Below are positions 34,679 through 47,300 of a DNA stretch of 52,656 bases, piece by piece. The DNA comes from a virus. Lineage: Duplodnaviria; Caudoviricetes. The position numbers were made by a program, and so were the translations under genes. Below the pieces are notes generated by a model. It made no database searches. It had not been told where the DNA came from and saw nothing but the letters and a program-made list of their open reading frames with translations. How positions within the stretch are numbered: position 1 is the first letter of the stretch; every line of letters starts with the position of its first letter. The stretch spans positions 1 through 52,656 of IMG/VR virus record IMGVR_UViG_3300049893_002244; one strand, written 5' to 3'.

Positions 34679-35788
34679 ATGGCATCAGGTAGTATTTATC
34701 TTTCCGACCTAGCATCAAGCTATTTGGCAGTTTCCGCTAGCCAAGATTTTTCGTTTGGTATTGGTGACTATACGGTAGAGTGGTGGCAATTGCAGAGTCA
34801 AGCTCCGGGCAGAACTCGTCCAACGATTTTGTCCATCTCCGGTTCGCTCAACGTCGAAATGCGCAATGGTTCGGTGGCGGTTCTTGAACGTGGGCAAACG
34901 GTAATCAGTGCGTCGGTTGTTGAGTGGCAGGACAGATGGTCGAACTATTCCATCAGCCGCATTTCCGATGTTGTTTTTGCATTTGAAAATGGTAGGTTGA
35001 TTGGCACGGGCTCGTCGAACAACGATTTGTCTTCTGCAACTCCGTCACTGTTCATTGGTGCGGATATCAACAGTCTTGATAGCACCGGTCCAACCTACTA
35101 TCGCGGCAATATCACCAATCTTCATTTGGTTAGGGGCATCGGCATGTATTCCGGTTCCGTGGTGGGTCATACCAGTTACTCACCACCAATCCCAGCAGTG
35201 GTCAATGCCAACACCGTCCTTTATCTTGGCGTTCCAGATTCAGCCAGCTATCTTGCAGACGGTAGCGTATACAACAGAACGGTTGATATGTTTGGCGGCG
35301 GCATGTATCAAACATACTATCCCGTCCCACTGCCGACGCCGACTCCGACTCCGACGCCAACACCAACGGCGACGACTCCTCCAACTCCAACTCCGACAGT
35401 CACGCCGACGCCGACACCAACGGTCACTCCAACCCCGACCCCGACGCCGACGCCGACACCAACACCGATTTTCAATCTGTCGATTCAACCGATTCTTATC
35501 ACCGAGGCCGGATTCCCGCTTGGGGTGGAAGAGATTCAAACCGACGTGTCAACATTCAGTCCGGGGCAAGTGGTGGAACTGAGGGCGACTCAGGAGAAAT
35601 ACAGCTTTGACTATTACGAAGTGTGGCCACCAAACCAAGTTTACATTTCCGGGGCATCTCACTACATTACACGATATGGATTCACCTCGTCCTTTGACCC
35701 AGTGACCTCGGTTGTTCTCAACGACACCGCCAGCATCACGGGCACCGGACTGAATCGCCGTTCCGGTATCGTGGCTCGCTATCGCTAA
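34679..35788 (+). CDS. LamG/ConA-like putative virion protein with Pro/Thr repeat
   Basis: FGIGDYTVEWW and GNITNL.. LamG motifs; (PT)n linker. Confidence 0.75.
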   Translation: MASGSIYLSDLASSYLAVSASQDFSFGIGDYTVEWWQLQSQAPGRTRPTILSISGSLNVEMRNGSVAVLERGQTVISASVVEWQDRWSNYSISRISDVVFAFENGRLIGTGSSNNDLSSATPSLFIGADINSLDSTGPTYYRGNITNLHLVRGIGMYSGSVVGHTSYSPPIPAVVNANTVLYLGVPDSASYLADGSVYNRTVDMFGGGMYQTYYPVPLPTPTPTPTPTPTATTPPTPTPTVTPTPTPTVTPTPTPTPTPTPTPIFNLSIQPILITEAGFPLGVEEIQTDVSTFSPGQVVELRATQEKYSFDYYEVWPPNQVYISGASHYITRYGFTSSFDPVTSVVLNDTASITGTGLNRRSGIVARYR

Positions 35789-35797
35789 CTTTACACT

Positions 35798-35977
35798 ATG
35801 AAACCAGACCTATCCGAAATCGGTAAGATTGTTCGGGACATGACTCCCAAAAATGGCACGCCCGGCTACAACGCCGCAGCGGCAGAAATCGTCAAGCAAG
35901 GTATCGACGACAAGCAGAAGGCCCGCTACAATTACGAGCCAATGCTCACCAAACCATCGCCTAAAAAAACACTGTAA
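35798..35977 (+). CDS. hypothetical protein (59 aa)
   Basis: ORF filling the gap; below the ORF-track cutoff. Confidence 0.55.
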   Translation: MKPDLSEIGKIVRDMTPKNGTPGYNAAAAEIVKQGIDDKQKARYNYEPMLTKPSPKKTL

Positions 35978-36021
35978 GTCGGTGTCCATAATGTGCGCCC
36001 AACCTATATTTATAGGTATAT

Positions 36022-36891
36022 ATGAAGCGCCGCGTTCCACTGGACATTGAATTTTTGCTTGAGGGGATTCTGAGTGAATCTCCTGACGAAGTTCGTTCGT
36101 CGGACCATGTATGCGACTGGACGGACGATGATGCGATGAGCTTCATGATTTTTGACACGTTCAGCGTAATGGCTCCGAAGAGACCACACTATACCATAAT
36201 GAGCAACCTGCATCGGGTGTATGAAAGCATAACCGGTGGTAAAGCGATACTCAAATTGCTCGAAGACACCGGCAAATTCTACGTCTCGGACATTGACGCG
36301 GCGGTAATTGAGATAAAGTCAAAAGAGAGTGCATTGGGAAAATATTTCAAGCGATATGGCCAATATGAAAACGACATGATGTATCGCACCAAGCTCGGTT
36401 TAACGGGAAGGCTTTGGATGGATGTCAAAGTGATATCCTTCTGGAATAAATCAACCGACGTGGCAACAAAGATGCCCCAACTTGAGAAAATGTTTGTTCG
36501 CTTCGCAAAGCAACTTGGAAAGCTTGATGACTATCGAGTTGATTTTTTGGAACGTGGGTCAGACCGTAAAACCACATTGCCTCTAATTTCATCAATTCGC
36601 TCCTCATCCGACCCAGAGCAAACCGACTTCATGCAAAATTTGTTTGGTGGAAATGCAGCCAAACTTTCAGATGACCAAATCAAGCAGCTGCAAAAGAAAA
36701 TCCACACTCTTCCACCAGAAAAGAAAAAACAAGTGTTCGACATGCTCGGAGTAAAGAATTTCAAGGCATCTGAAATCGCTGCCAAACTGGGCATCAGTGT
36801 TGCGGAGTTCAATCACATCATGCAGGTCAACGAAGATGAATTTCCGAGCCTGACAGAAATCATCAGGGAAATTCGCAACAAGAAGATATAA
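36022..36891 (+). CDS. hypothetical protein
   Basis: 289 aa ORF after TATTTATA at 36007. Confidence 0.8.
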   Translation: MKRRVPLDIEFLLEGILSESPDEVRSSDHVCDWTDDDAMSFMIFDTFSVMAPKRPHYTIMSNLHRVYESITGGKAILKLLEDTGKFYVSDIDAAVIEIKSKESALGKYFKRYGQYENDMMYRTKLGLTGRLWMDVKVISFWNKSTDVATKMPQLEKMFVRFAKQLGKLDDYRVDFLERGSDRKTTLPLISSIRSSSDPEQTDFMQNLFGGNAAKLSDDQIKQLQKKIHTLPPEKKKQVFDMLGVKNFKASEIAAKLGISVAEFNHIMQVNEDEFPSLTEIIREIRNKKI

Positions 36892-36893
36892 CC

Positions 36894-38687
36894 ATGTCCA
36901 AGTATATCGCATACAACGGAAATCCAGAGGGAAAAATCTACGGTAAGATTGGCACAATCATTCGCACCGACGAAGGAAAAATTTACTACAAGCAGTATGA
37001 CGATGCAATGAATACTGGTTGGGTGGATATCACTCCGGTTGTTCCTACTCCGACCCCTACACCTACGCCGACACCAACACCTACTTATTTGCCTGCGTTT
37101 TACACTCCAACGCCCACACCAACAAGCACGGCAACGCCAACCCCGACGCCAACCCCGACGCTTGTTCCCGGCAATCCAACACCAACGCCGACGCCAACCC
37201 CGACGCCAACACCTTCACCAACTCCAACCCCGACCCCGACGCCAACCCCAACGTTGCCGCCGACACCAACCCCGTCGGCATTCTACTATCTTTCAGTCAA
37301 CGGTGGCCCAAACATGACCACGTCTGGAAGTGGAACCTATGCCACTGGTTCGGTGGTAAACATCGTTGGGTATCCAAACGCAGGATATGTCTTCAAGGAG
37401 TGGTCGGATTATGGCGTGGGTTATTTACTGGATGGTGGTGTTCAGGCACAATTCACCAACCCAAATCGCGTTCAAATTCCGGCTTCGCCTTATGGAAATC
37501 CAATCGTCATCACGGCGGTTCCTGAAGTGAATCCGGTTCCCGGTGTGAGAAATTTCGTGGACGGCACGGAGTCTGGACCTGTGAACTATACCACCGGAAA
37601 GAATTCTATTTTGTCCACCATCATCACCGACACACCACTGCATACTTTGAGTGTTGTGACCATGTCCATCGTGTGTGCTGGTCGTGGCATCAATCGCAAC
37701 TGGTATTATCTCCAACCATTCTCCTTTGATGGCTATCATACCACAACAAAGAGCGAGACATATTCGTTTGACTTGAGCGGCACTTACACTCTGACGGCGT
37801 ATGCAAAGAATGCCTATGGCACCAACTCAGCCAGCTCAATTAGTGTTGTCGTGACCGGCGCGGACACTTACGCCGCTCCCACATTCAACACGATGATTGC
37901 AAGCGGCAAGGTCTACTTCAATTCCGGCAATCAACTCGTCGCCATGTGGACTCAGACTGGAACAACGACGGTGTCTTATGTTGTAACATGGGACCGCGCT
38001 GCATCTGCAAGCGACCCAGTGCTAATTACCGGTGTTGTGTCAGCGACCCGCACATCGGGCAACAGCTATTCTGGAACCGTTACGAACGGTGCTGGCACAT
38101 TTATCATCAACGTATATCGCAACTCAACCGTCGAAGACAATGTGCGAATTATCATCAACAATGCTTCCGGTGGGGCTCTGAGCAAGGCTTATGTTCAGGG
38201 TCGCATCACAAACATCAATGACATTGGTTTGGATGTTACGGGCCTCAACGGATACTATCGATATAACCGCCGCAATTGCACACTTGGAACAAATCTCACC
38301 AGCGCGGTGCTTAATAACACTTCCGAAACTCTGACAAAGAACACGGCGGGAGATTACCCACAAAGTCCGGCAATAGGCGTGATTGAGTTGGTGAAATATG
38401 ACGACAATTTTAGCACGCCAACCTTGTCGCCAACTGCTCCAAGCACGGGATTCCAATACATCAACGCCATTACCGATAATCTCGGTCGCGCACGCTTTAA
38501 GTATATTTCCTACAACTTGTCTGAACAGGAATACAACATCACCTCAACGCCAACCACCACCATTTACTTTGTGGCATGTGGTATCTCTGTCACCAGCACC
38601 ACTTATGGTTGGTATGAAATGAGTGGCGTGCCATGTTACGGCGACGTGGGTAGCCAAGGTGGATGGGGCAACTTCGCTGCGAACTAA
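36894..38687 (+). CDS. Pro/Thr-repeat putative virion fibre/decoration protein with InlB B-repeat-like and Ig-like modules
   Basis: (PT)n; [15 protein letters not shown]......AGYVFKEW; GTYTLT. Confidence 0.75.
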   Translation: MSKYIAYNGNPEGKIYGKIGTIIRTDEGKIYYKQYDDAMNTGWVDITPVVPTPTPTPTPTPTPTYLPAFYTPTPTPTSTATPTPTPTPTLVPGNPTPTPTPTPTPTPSPTPTPTPTPTPTLPPTPTPSAFYYLSVNGGPNMTTSGSGTYATGSVVNIVGYPNAGYVFKEWSDYGVGYLLDGGVQAQFTNPNRVQIPASPYGNPIVITAVPEVNPVPGVRNFVDGTESGPVNYTTGKNSILSTIITDTPLHTLSVVTMSIVCAGRGINRNWYYLQPFSFDGYHTTTKSETYSFDLSGTYTLTAYAKNAYGTNSASSISVVVTGADTYAAPTFNTMIASGKVYFNSGNQLVAMWTQTGTTTVSYVVTWDRAASASDPVLITGVVSATRTSGNSYSGTVTNGAGTFIINVYRNSTVEDNVRIIINNASGGALSKAYVQGRITNINDIGLDVTGLNGYYRYNRRNCTLGTNLTSAVLNNTSETLTKNTAGDYPQSPAIGVIELVKYDDNFSTPTLSPTAPSTGFQYINAITDNLGRARFKYISYNLSEQEYNITSTPTTTIYFVACGISVTSTTYGWYEMSGVPCYGDVGSQGGWGNFAAN

Positions 38688-38830
38688 TAGTTCCAGCTAA
38701 AAAACGTTCTGTAAATCCCTCTTATAAAGGGACTTGGGTTTTTGCCCGTGCGTATGCATCTCAAGACGCACTTGAAGTGAATGTAACCATGCAATATTCT
38801 GTCTTTCGCAGAGAATGATGGTTTTGCCAT
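38684..38830 (-). CDS. small basic protein (48 aa)
   Basis: Minus-strand TATTTATA-N4-ATG; [20 protein letters not shown]... Confidence 0.5.
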   Translation of the reverse strand: MAKPSFSAKDRILHGYIHFKCVLRCIRTGKNPSPFIRGIYRTFFSWNY

Positions 38831-38900
38831 GAGATATAAATAGTCTGCGCTAATGAAAACCCCTTGACATTTTACAAACTAGCAGCCAATCTATCACCCG

Positions 38901-39083
38901 ATGAAGAAAACATCTAATACAGCAACCAAGCGCGGTCGTCCTAAGAAGGTCGTAACGGTTGAAAACACAGAGCGGAAGGCTGTTCAGAAGGTTGGAGTGC
39001 CTCTTTGGCTTGAGCCGACAGAGCATGATATTTCCGATGAACTGAGCCGTTTGGACAGTTTCAACTACTCGCGTCGTTTCTAA
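38901..39083 (+). CDS. small basic protein with KRGRPKK AT-hook
   Basis: Follows a TTGACA promoter near 38864. Confidence 0.65.
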   Translation: MKKTSNTATKRGRPKKVVTVENTERKAVQKVGVPLWLEPTEHDISDELSRLDSFNYSRRF

Positions 39084-39095
39084 CAAATACAACAT

Positions 39096-39320
39096 ATGCC
39101 TGACAATACCGTTGAGGTAAACAACACACCAACATACGCCGTTTTTCGGAATGGCGTTCGCGTATCGGACTCGGAATACGAGAACAAGATGCACGCCCAG
39201 CACGAATACAACTACTGGGCCGGAATTCTCAAGCGCTGGCCGGATGGCTCAAAGCTTGATGTGAGAGAAGTGTTTCGTCGTCGTCGCCCCGCCGCTTCGA
39301 CTGAAAAGACAAACGCCTAA
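39096..39320 (+). CDS. hypothetical protein
   Basis: ORF in operon. Confidence 0.7.
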   Translation: MPDNTVEVNNTPTYAVFRNGVRVSDSEYENKMHAQHEYNYWAGILKRWPDGSKLDVREVFRRRRPAASTEKTNA

Positions 39321-39325
39321 ACTTT

Positions 39326-39541
39326 ATGCAAGGACTACGTCAAAAAATCCTCGCAGCTACTTCCGAGGTGGAAGTGACCCAGCTGCTTGAGGCAGGTAAG
39401 AAATTTGAATTTGCCAGTCGCAAGATGGTAAATTCTTGGAAGAGTGCCGCTCGTCGAGCACTCAAACAAAAGCCAGCCGCTCCAACAGAAGTTGTTGAAG
39501 AGGTTGAAGCTCCGAAGAAAAATCGCAAGCGCAAGAAGTAA
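39326..39541 (+). CDS. hypothetical basic protein
   Basis: ORF followed by a terminator. Confidence 0.7.
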   Translation: MQGLRQKILAATSEVEVTQLLEAGKKFEFASRKMVNSWKSAARRALKQKPAAPTEVVEEVEAPKKNRKRKK

Positions 39542-39543
39542 TC

Positions 39544-39571
39544 AAGGGGAGCGAAAGCTCCCCTTCTCTTT
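39544..39571 (+). terminator. intrinsic terminator
   Basis: aaggggagc-GAAA-gctcccctt followed by a pyrimidine tract. Confidence 0.75.
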
Positions 39572-39574
39572 CGA

Positions 39575-40039
39575 ATGAAAACGATTGGCTCAAAAGAACG
39601 TGGCTGGATTGGTTTACGGTTGTATGCCATCAACCACTCATTTGGGATGATGTGGAATCGGTTTGAACCAATGCAATTCAGAGACGATGTTGAAACCGTG
39701 GAGTTGGAGATTCACAAGAACAATTTTCGCATCGTCGCCAATGGAGAATTTTGGGAATGTTGCGGTGAAACAAAGCGACTTTTTCTCATATGCCACGAAA
39801 TGTGTCATGTGATGTTTGCTCACTGGCTCGTTCCCGAAAATGTAAATCGCGAGTGGTGGAACGTTGCACAGGATATTGAAGTGAACGAGTATCTGCTCAA
39901 GACATTTTTCAAGGACAAGCATCTGAAAAAGGACGAAGACATTCTTACCATCAAGGGAGTGTTTCGTCACAAGAGCGGGGTGGTCAAGAAAGACCGCGAC
40001 CACAAATATTACTACGACCTGATAATGCAGTGCGTCTAG
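39575..40039 (+). CDS. HExxH metallopeptidase-like protein (DUF2201 N-terminal type)
   Basis: FLICHEMCHV...WNVAQDIEVN. Confidence 0.7.
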   Translation: MKTIGSKERGWIGLRLYAINHSFGMMWNRFEPMQFRDDVETVELEIHKNNFRIVANGEFWECCGETKRLFLICHEMCHVMFAHWLVPENVNREWWNVAQDIEVNEYLLKTFFKDKHLKKDEDILTIKGVFRHKSGVVKKDRDHKYYYDLIMQCV

Positions 40040-40060
40040 CGCATACTATTTATTGATATC

Positions 40061-40264
40061 ATGAATCTCGTGATATCAGACAAAGAAGTAAGCGTGCGCA
40101 GAGCACAAGGAACGGTATATCTTTGCCGCCCATGCTCAGATTTGAAGCGCAAGAACGTTCTTGTGTCCACCGACCTCAATGGACCAAAAGAGGTTCGTTA
40201 TTCTCTATGTGAGAATTGCAAGAAGCTGCTGACCGGGTGCTCTACTTGTCGGGGGCTGAGATAG
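40061..40264 (+). CDS. Cys-rich putative Zn-binding protein
   Basis: Three CxxC motifs; TATTTATT-N6-ATG. Confidence 0.7.
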   Translation: MNLVISDKEVSVRRAQGTVYLCRPCSDLKRKNVLVSTDLNGPKEVRYSLCENCKKLLTGCSTCRGLR

Positions 40265-40523
40265 AATTCCAGCGGGCGGGGATATCGGGGCAAACGCTGC
40301 TCGGGATGTAAAGTTTTAGCACGCTGCATCCACACAGAGAACAGCCACCCATCCCACCAAAGTCGGTGGGTTTCCAATGGGGACACGAGTTGCAGATACC
40401 GTGCCGTATTTGAAAATCTTCACTGGAAACAGAGGAAAATTTGTCAGTGGTTGCCCAGTCGTATATAGCGCCGCCAAAATTTTTGGCTTTGTTCAGCAAA
40501 TTGACATCTTCGGGGGTTTCCAT
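40242..40523 (-). CDS. Cys-rich phage protein (R..IC..C...C..CGC...CP...W)
   Basis: Motif; TAGTTATA-N6-ATG on the minus strand. Confidence 0.75.
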   Translation of the reverse strand: METPEDVNLLNKAKNFGGAIYDWATTDKFSSVSSEDFQIRHGICNSCPHWKPTDFGGMGGCSLCGCSVLKLYIPSSVCPDIPARWNSISAPDK

Positions 40524-40537
40524 GATACTTATAACTA

Positions 40538-40936
40538 GTGTTTACAGAGGACAAAACTACCCTGCAAATTCCTAGCCAATTCACCTTGTTTGGTCATAGC
40601 TACAGCGTCTCGTTTGACAAAGACCTGTATGAAAAGGAAGGGTGTTATGGAACCGCCGACGACGACCTCAAACAGATTCGTTTACAGCCTCCCGGTGAAG
40701 TTGTGAAGAGATATGAAGATGAGGGTGTGATGAAAGAAGACAAAATGGTTATCACGAACAATGTGGTTATCGAAACCTTTTTTCACGAAGTCAACCATAT
40801 CATCTTGGACGCGATGGGAGAAACCGAATTGTCCGAAAACGAGAAGTTTGTGAACATGCTCGGAAAAGCGTGGCTGGAAATATACTTATCCAATAGACAT
40901 GAAGAAGTCTCCAAAGAAAAAGAAGCCAGCATCTAA
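40538..40936 (+). CDS. HExxH zincin-like phage protein
   Basis: TFFHEVNHII...E.FV. Confidence 0.7.
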   Translation: MFTEDKTTLQIPSQFTLFGHSYSVSFDKDLYEKEGCYGTADDDLKQIRLQPPGEVVKRYEDEGVMKEDKMVITNNVVIETFFHEVNHIILDAMGETELSENEKFVNMLGKAWLEIYLSNRHEEVSKEKEASI

Positions 40937-41267
40937 GTCAACGCTACGCTATGAGGTCACGGAACTTCCATCCGACAACAACGGTATGGAAGAATACGTA
41001 AAAAAGAACCGCAAAGAGTTGAACGAACGCATCGTCGCCAACATCGAGTATGCGCTCAAAAATCGTCTCGGGGGCGTGGAAGTCTTCTGCTTCGAGAATT
41101 CAAGTTTCGTGGTTGTCATCAATCGCAAAGATTTCAGAGAAGCCCTTCAAGGCGTCTTTGATTATTGCCTCGACAACGAACAGTTTGAACTGTGCGAAAA
41201 AACAAAGCGGGCCATCAACAAAATGGATAAGCTTAGTTACGTCTACTCATACACAAAGGTAAAATAA
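40899..41267 (+). CDS. hypothetical protein
   Basis: ORF; C-terminal EQFELC UVR-like helix. Confidence 0.75.
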   Translation: MKKSPKKKKPASKSTLRYEVTELPSDNNGMEEYVKKNRKELNERIVANIEYALKNRLGGVEVFCFENSSFVVVINRKDFREALQGVFDYCLDNEQFELCEKTKRAINKMDKLSYVYSYTKVK

Positions 41268-41268
41268 C

Positions 41269-42036
41269 ATGTCCAAATCAAAACGACTGAAGAACCAAAA
41301 ACTAAAACAGCTAGACGCCCAAAACCCAAACCAAAAGAAAGACAGAAGCCCAGTAGTATACCAACGCGACAAGATTCAAACTCCGCTCTCAATCATCCAT
41401 CGAGAATTGACTGAGAAGCAAAAAAAGTTCATTGAACTAGCTCTCGATAAAAAAGTCAAAATGGTGTTAGTGTCCGGTCCTGCCGGAACCACCAAAACAT
41501 ATCTCGCCGTTCTTGCAGCACTCATGCTGATGAACGAAAAACGAGTCAGCGACATTCTCTATGTTCGCAGTATCGTTGAAAGTGCCGATGTTAAAATGGG
41601 CACGCTTCCCGGCGAGGCTGACGACAAACTTTCTCCATACACTCGTCCGTTGCTGGATAAGCTGGACGAGCTTCTACCAAAAGACAATGTGCAGTATCTC
41701 ATCAAAGACCAACGTGTGGAAGGTCTTCCTGTTGGATATCTCCGTGGTCTAAACTGGAACGCCAAGGCAGTGGTTGGCGATGAAATGCAAAACCTCACCA
41801 AAAAGGAACTGGTCACTCTCATGACCCGTGCCGGTGAATTCAGCAAGTTATTCCTGTGCGGCGACCCGCAACAATCCGACATCAACGGTCGGTCGGGATT
41901 CCAGTCCATTTTCAACCTGTTCAACGACGACGGAAGCAAAGAGCAAGGAATTTACACTTTCGAGTTCACCGAAGAGGACATTCTGCGAAGCGCACTCGTA
42001 AAATACATCGTATCGAAGGTCAAGAGCCTCGGTTAA
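41269..42036 (+). CDS. phoH: PhoH family ATPase
   Basis: GPAGTTKT, G.LPG...K, YLRG, DEMQN, GDPQQSD, DILRS.LV. Confidence 0.92.
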   Translation: MSKSKRLKNQKLKQLDAQNPNQKKDRSPVVYQRDKIQTPLSIIHRELTEKQKKFIELALDKKVKMVLVSGPAGTTKTYLAVLAALMLMNEKRVSDILYVRSIVESADVKMGTLPGEADDKLSPYTRPLLDKLDELLPKDNVQYLIKDQRVEGLPVGYLRGLNWNAKAVVGDEMQNLTKKELVTLMTRAGEFSKLFLCGDPQQSDINGRSGFQSIFNLFNDDGSKEQGIYTFEFTEEDILRSALVKYIVSKVKSLG

Positions 42037-42117
42037 GATATAATAATTCCGGGTGGTTTCTGGTTTGGCCAATATATACACATTTTGGCCATGTGTTGAT
42101 ATTTATAATGAAACCGT

Positions 42118-44361
42118 ATGATACAACATAGTCAGAAAACAAGCGAGCTGCTGATTCTATCTGGTAGTGAGGTTCAACGAGGCGACACGATTGGCCTCGT
42201 TGACATCACAGCCAGTTTGTATCCTCCACACGAGGAAACGAAGAAAATCACCGCCGAAGCGCTTGCTCGATATCTGTTTTCTGCCAGCGGTCAGTGGAGC
42301 AACAACCAACACGGATATCTTCGCAGCAACGGTTTGGGTTTTGACCCCTCGGTTGTTCCAGCGGGCGATGTTGATTTGCGTTGCTATGGCAGCATCCCAG
42401 CATTGCTCACCGATTATACCATCATGGCGCGGGTGTTTGTGCCACAAGGGTTTGAAACGTCTTCGCTCACAAGAGCCTTTGTTGGTGTTGGCGAATCGCT
42501 CGATAAATTGTCAGGAGGTGCGAACGTCGCGTTTATTGGTGTTCAAGGAACGGACATTGTCGCTGGCGTGGACGGATTGACTTTCCCAATTTCATATCCT
42601 TTCTTCTTTGAATATTACGGCAATCACGTGCTACACACCGCATTGAGCGTCTCGAATGGAACGGCTTCATTTTATGTGAACGCCGCACTCGTGGGTCAGT
42701 TGTATGGCGCGGTTCCAATTTACAACAAGGTGATTGCGCTGGGTAACGGCACCGAGACCGAAGCGAACATTGATTGCAAAATCTATGACGTTTCCGTGTT
42801 CGGTGTTGGTTTGAGTGAACAAGAAATTTACCAGAGTTTCCACGCCGGTATCAGTGCAACCGATTCGAGGCTGGTGGCGAGTTACAGTCCAGTCAACCTG
42901 AACCCGGGTCCAACACAATGGCTTGATGGCACCAACGGAAATCATTTGCTGCTGCCATTGCGCGGGGCAAGCGCCACCCGTCCAAGAAAGGATTTCCATC
43001 TTCGCTTCAAGAGTGATGGTTTGGATGGATATCTCGGCAATGGAAATAAGCGTCAGGTGTTGCCGGAAAACTACGTGCTGACTAACTGTTTCGTTTACAG
43101 CGTTGGTTCTCCATCACTTTCAGTTGGCACTACTTCATCGGTTGCCCCCGCTGGCGCAAGCAATGTGTATTCGTGGCGTGACAACCGCGTTGCACTAACT
43201 GATGCAATCTATAGCAAGAATTTGCTTGAGTTGGACTACTTTGGTGTGGCCCACATGGACAAGACTCTGTATGTTTATCACAACAGCAACGCGGCACCAT
43301 GCACGTTCAGTTTTGAGGGATACACGGCTCCGTATGACGTAGTTTCATACATCCAGCCGCCGACACCAACACCAACGTCCACCCCGACGCCAACACCTAC
43401 TCCGACCCCAACTCCGACCCCAACGGCGACGGCTACCCCAACACCTACTCCGACCCCGACAGCCACACCAACGCCAACGCCGACCTCTACTCCAACACCA
43501 ACACCGACGTTGACCCCAACTCCGACCCCGGTTCCTGCGACCCCAACTCCGACACCAACTCCGTCGCCAACTCCGACTCCGACTCCGACGCCAACTCCAA
43601 CTTCTCTCTATTCTCTATCGGTCAACGGTGGAGCTAATATCGCCAGCACCACTGGCACAGGCAACTATGCTGGTGGCTCGTCGATTAACATCAGCGCCAC
43701 GATTGACAGTGGTTATCAACTGGATTACTGGTCAACCACACCAAGCATTACGGTTTCGGGTCAATACAACATTGGTCAGACATGGTATGGAACCATCACC
43801 ATGCCAGCATATGCTCAAAGCATTACTCCGGTTGCAATGGCCGGTGTGGCTCCAACCCCAACCCCAACGTTGACGCCAACTCCGACCCCAACGCCTACAC
43901 CAACCCCAACCCCAACCCCGGGACTGGTAACTGACACGTTGTTTAGCGGAGGAGCCGGTAGTGGCACAACAAACGTGAACTTGAACAGCTACAGCTCAAC
44001 CTACATCGAATCGTTGTATATCAACGCCTACAGCTTTGGTGAGTTCAATGGTGTGGCCAGCTCGGAAACTCGCATCAATGGCACTAACTATGGTGCGGAC
44101 AAGACCGACACAGGATTTGAGGCTGAATGCACAGTGTCCTTGACGGCCACCGGAATCAACAAGGTTGGTCCAGACTGGATTGCGGATTCTATCACCGCAA
44201 CCTACACCACTTTCCATAGCGGCAATTACTCCAACACGGTTTATAGCGTCAATCTTGGTGACGGCACAGCGGTTGCCTTGTTTGCTCTCGCCAATGCAAG
44301 TTCGGATTCTCCGGGCGTCGAGGGTGCCTCAAGAACCATCCAGATTTCTTATTATACGTGA
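42118..44361 (+). CDS. LamG-like Pro/Thr-repeat putative virion protein (paralog of next gene)
   Basis: ~410-aa N-terminal region shared with 44396-47401; two (PT)n tracts; B-repeat module. Confidence 0.8.
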   Translation: MIQHSQKTSELLILSGSEVQRGDTIGLVDITASLYPPHEETKKITAEALARYLFSASGQWSNNQHGYLRSNGLGFDPSVVPAGDVDLRCYGSIPALLTDYTIMARVFVPQGFETSSLTRAFVGVGESLDKLSGGANVAFIGVQGTDIVAGVDGLTFPISYPFFFEYYGNHVLHTALSVSNGTASFYVNAALVGQLYGAVPIYNKVIALGNGTETEANIDCKIYDVSVFGVGLSEQEIYQSFHAGISATDSRLVASYSPVNLNPGPTQWLDGTNGNHLLLPLRGASATRPRKDFHLRFKSDGLDGYLGNGNKRQVLPENYVLTNCFVYSVGSPSLSVGTTSSVAPAGASNVYSWRDNRVALTDAIYSKNLLELDYFGVAHMDKTLYVYHNSNAAPCTFSFEGYTAPYDVVSYIQPPTPTPTSTPTPTPTPTPTPTPTATATPTPTPTPTATPTPTPTSTPTPTPTLTPTPTPVPATPTPTPTPSPTPTPTPTPTPTSLYSLSVNGGANIASTTGTGNYAGGSSINISATIDSGYQLDYWSTTPSITVSGQYNIGQTWYGTITMPAYAQSITPVAMAGVAPTPTPTLTPTPTPTPTPTPTPTPGLVTDTLFSGGAGSGTTNVNLNSYSSTYIESLYINAYSFGEFNGVASSETRINGTNYGADKTDTGFEAECTVSLTATGINKVGPDWIADSITATYTTFHSGNYSNTVYSVNLGDGTAVALFALANASSDSPGVEGASRTIQISYYT

Positions 44362-44395
44362 TAGAACCGCCGCGACTTAATATATATTCATAGCA

Positions 44396-47300
44396 ATGTC
44401 TAACCAGAAAATTACAGACCTAAACAGACTTGTCGTGGGCAACGTGGTTGCCGGTGACTTGATTCCAATCGTTGACGTAAGCGCAACCAGCAGCGCGACC
44501 GGCGAGACCAAGGCCATCACAGTTGAGCAATTGGGTCAGTATATGGCTTCGGGTGGGTTCTTTGAATGGAACATGCCACAACAGTCGTTCCAAAATGCGA
44601 ACGGCTTGCGCTTCACCGGTTCTGCTTCCAACGTCTCCTTGAACGACCGCTGTTACTCAAGCTTCCCGATGCAGGGCAATGAATATACCCTGATGGTTCG
44701 CGCCGCCATCCCTGAAAACTTTTTTGCTACCTCATCCCAGCGCGTTCTTTTTGGTCTCGGTGAAAGCGCATATGACCTGACGAGCAACGGAAACCAGTCT
44801 TTCATCGGTGTGAGAAACAATGACCTCGTTGGATATATCAGCGGCTTGCCAGCCTATCTCACCAGTTCCAATTTTGTGACGAACAATCAGAGTCACGCTT
44901 TTGAGGCGGTGATGACAGTGAATCGTGGCACAGCCTCGCTTTACATCAACGGTGATTTTGTTACCAGTGGCAGCGGATATGTTGGCACCACCAGTTCATT
45001 CGCCGTGATGGGCAACGGCGTTGAAATCGGACCAAACATCGACTGCACAATTTACGAAGCACATGTCTTCAACATTGCTCTTGCTCCAAGCGCAGTGAAA
45101 TCAATGTTCTATTCCGGCGTTAACTGTGCCAGCGGTCAATTGATTTCTTCTTACCTCTCCGAGAATCTCAATCCGGGTCCAACTCAATGGCTCGACGCCG
45201 TGGGCACGAATCATATGCTCATCCCGACCGGCAGCAATGTTCGCGCAACCAATCCAAGCAAGAGATTCCAGCTGTATTTCAAGCAGAGTGGTTCCGGTTA
45301 TCTTGGCAACGGCACAAAGCGGGACGTGTTGCCAGACAATTACGTTTTGACCGAATGCTTCCTGTATACCACGGGTTCCGCACTGCTCACCATCGGCACC
45401 AGCGCATCGGTTGCTCCATATGGTGCATCTGGTGTTGGTTCTTGGCGCGATAACCGCGTTGGTCTTGTCAATGCCATCTTCAATCGCAACAATCTTCCTC
45501 TGACCGAGTTCGGCGTGGCTCACACCGAAAAGAGCATCTATACTTTCCTCAGTTCCAGCAACGCTCCATGCACATTCAGCTTTGTGGGCTATGTTTCGGA
45601 ATACGGTCCATTGTATTACACCCCACCAGCACCGGTTATCACAAGCAGTCTGCTACTCAATGGCGAAGTGAACGGCGCATTCAATTATCAGATTGGCGCA
45701 ACAAACGCACCAACCCGCTACAGCGCAAGCGGATTCACGTGGGGCAGTATCGGCATCAACCCAACAACGGGCACACTCACCGGCACCAACTACGGCGCTG
45801 CTGGAACATATTACGGTTTCGTGTTCGCTTCAAATCTTTACGGCACAGGTAGTGCGGCAGTCACCATGTCTTTGGTTCCGCAACCTACCCCAACTCCGAC
45901 CCCGACGGTCACGCCAACCCCAACACCAACGTCTACCCCGACGCCAACTCCAACGGTCACGCCAACACCAACCCCGACCGTTACTCCAACACCAACCCCA
46001 ACCGTTACTCCAACACCAACGGTCACAATTGGGCCAACCCCAACCCCAACTCCAACGCCGACGCCAACCCCAACACCTTCTGGTGCTACATTGGCCAGTG
46101 TGCGCAGTTTCGTGGATGGCTTCGAAGCTGGTATCACTGGCTCGGTTGCTGGAAACACCGTCACTCTCACCGCGCTGGTCACGGATGCAACTCATACCGT
46201 GTCACTCATCACCATGACCATCTCTGGTCCAACTTCCCAAACTTGGAACTACAGTGGCGGTGCCTTGACTTACAGTGGTAATGACATCACGAAGAATGAA
46301 TCCTTCACGTTCACCACGGCTGGAACATACACCCTCAACGTCACCGGCATCAACGTGGCGGGAGCCAACTATGCTTCGTCGATTCAAATCAACGTTGCTT
46401 CGGCTCCTACTCCGACCCCAACGCCGACGCCAACCCCAACTCCGACCCCAACACCGGTCGCTGACTTGACCTACACCTCGGCAGACTATGTTGGCTGGAT
46501 TTACAGTTCCGGTTGGTATTACGGCACGCGCTACGCGAACAACTTCAACGCTGGCTTCATCGTGAACGGTGCAGCCGGTGCAACCTCGGTTCAGGTTTAT
46601 GTCTGCGACGACGGCGCGGGCAATTTCCCATATCCGATGAACATCGTCATCACGGAAAATGGCTCGACCATCGCAAGCGCAACCGGCGTTACCGCAGCAC
46701 AAACCTTCAATATCAGCACGTCTGAATTGGAAGACGGTAAGTCTTACAACGTGGCCGTCACCTTCAACGGAAGCCCGAACAGCGCAGTCAAGTGTCGCGT
46801 TTCGACTTCTATCACCGCTGGTTCTGGTAAGTTCGTTGACTCCTCCCTCGCAACCTCTGGTCAAACCAGTGGACCAAGCGGCATGGGTTGGACCGATGGC
46901 TACATCACCATCCACGGAGCCCCAGCCGGATGCAATATCCCATATCTCAGCGTGGCCGACAACACCATTGGTGGTTACATGACGAGCAATAACACATACT
47001 ATCAGCGTTATTGGAATTTCAACGGCGACACAACAACGAGCCCGGCCTACAAGACCAACACCACACACGGCGGCGGCGATTTCAACATCAATGCTTCTTG
47101 GAACATGCAGGGTGCCACGAGCTTCGAACTCGGTATCTCGCGCTATGCTCCACCAAATCCATCTACTCCTAACTACACCCTGACAACGAACACGTCTGGT
47201 GACGGAAGTGTGACGGCTGGTGGCACCTATGCGGCTGGCACGACCCACGTCTTGGTGGCAACCGAAGGCAGCGACTTCTGGGATGGTTGGAATTCGACCG

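Noticed and set aside
43278-46195. (VG)n, Trp/Arg-rich and (RQ)n ORFs over the repeat tracts
   Set aside because: Alternative-frame or antisense readings of the Pro/Thr codon repeats.
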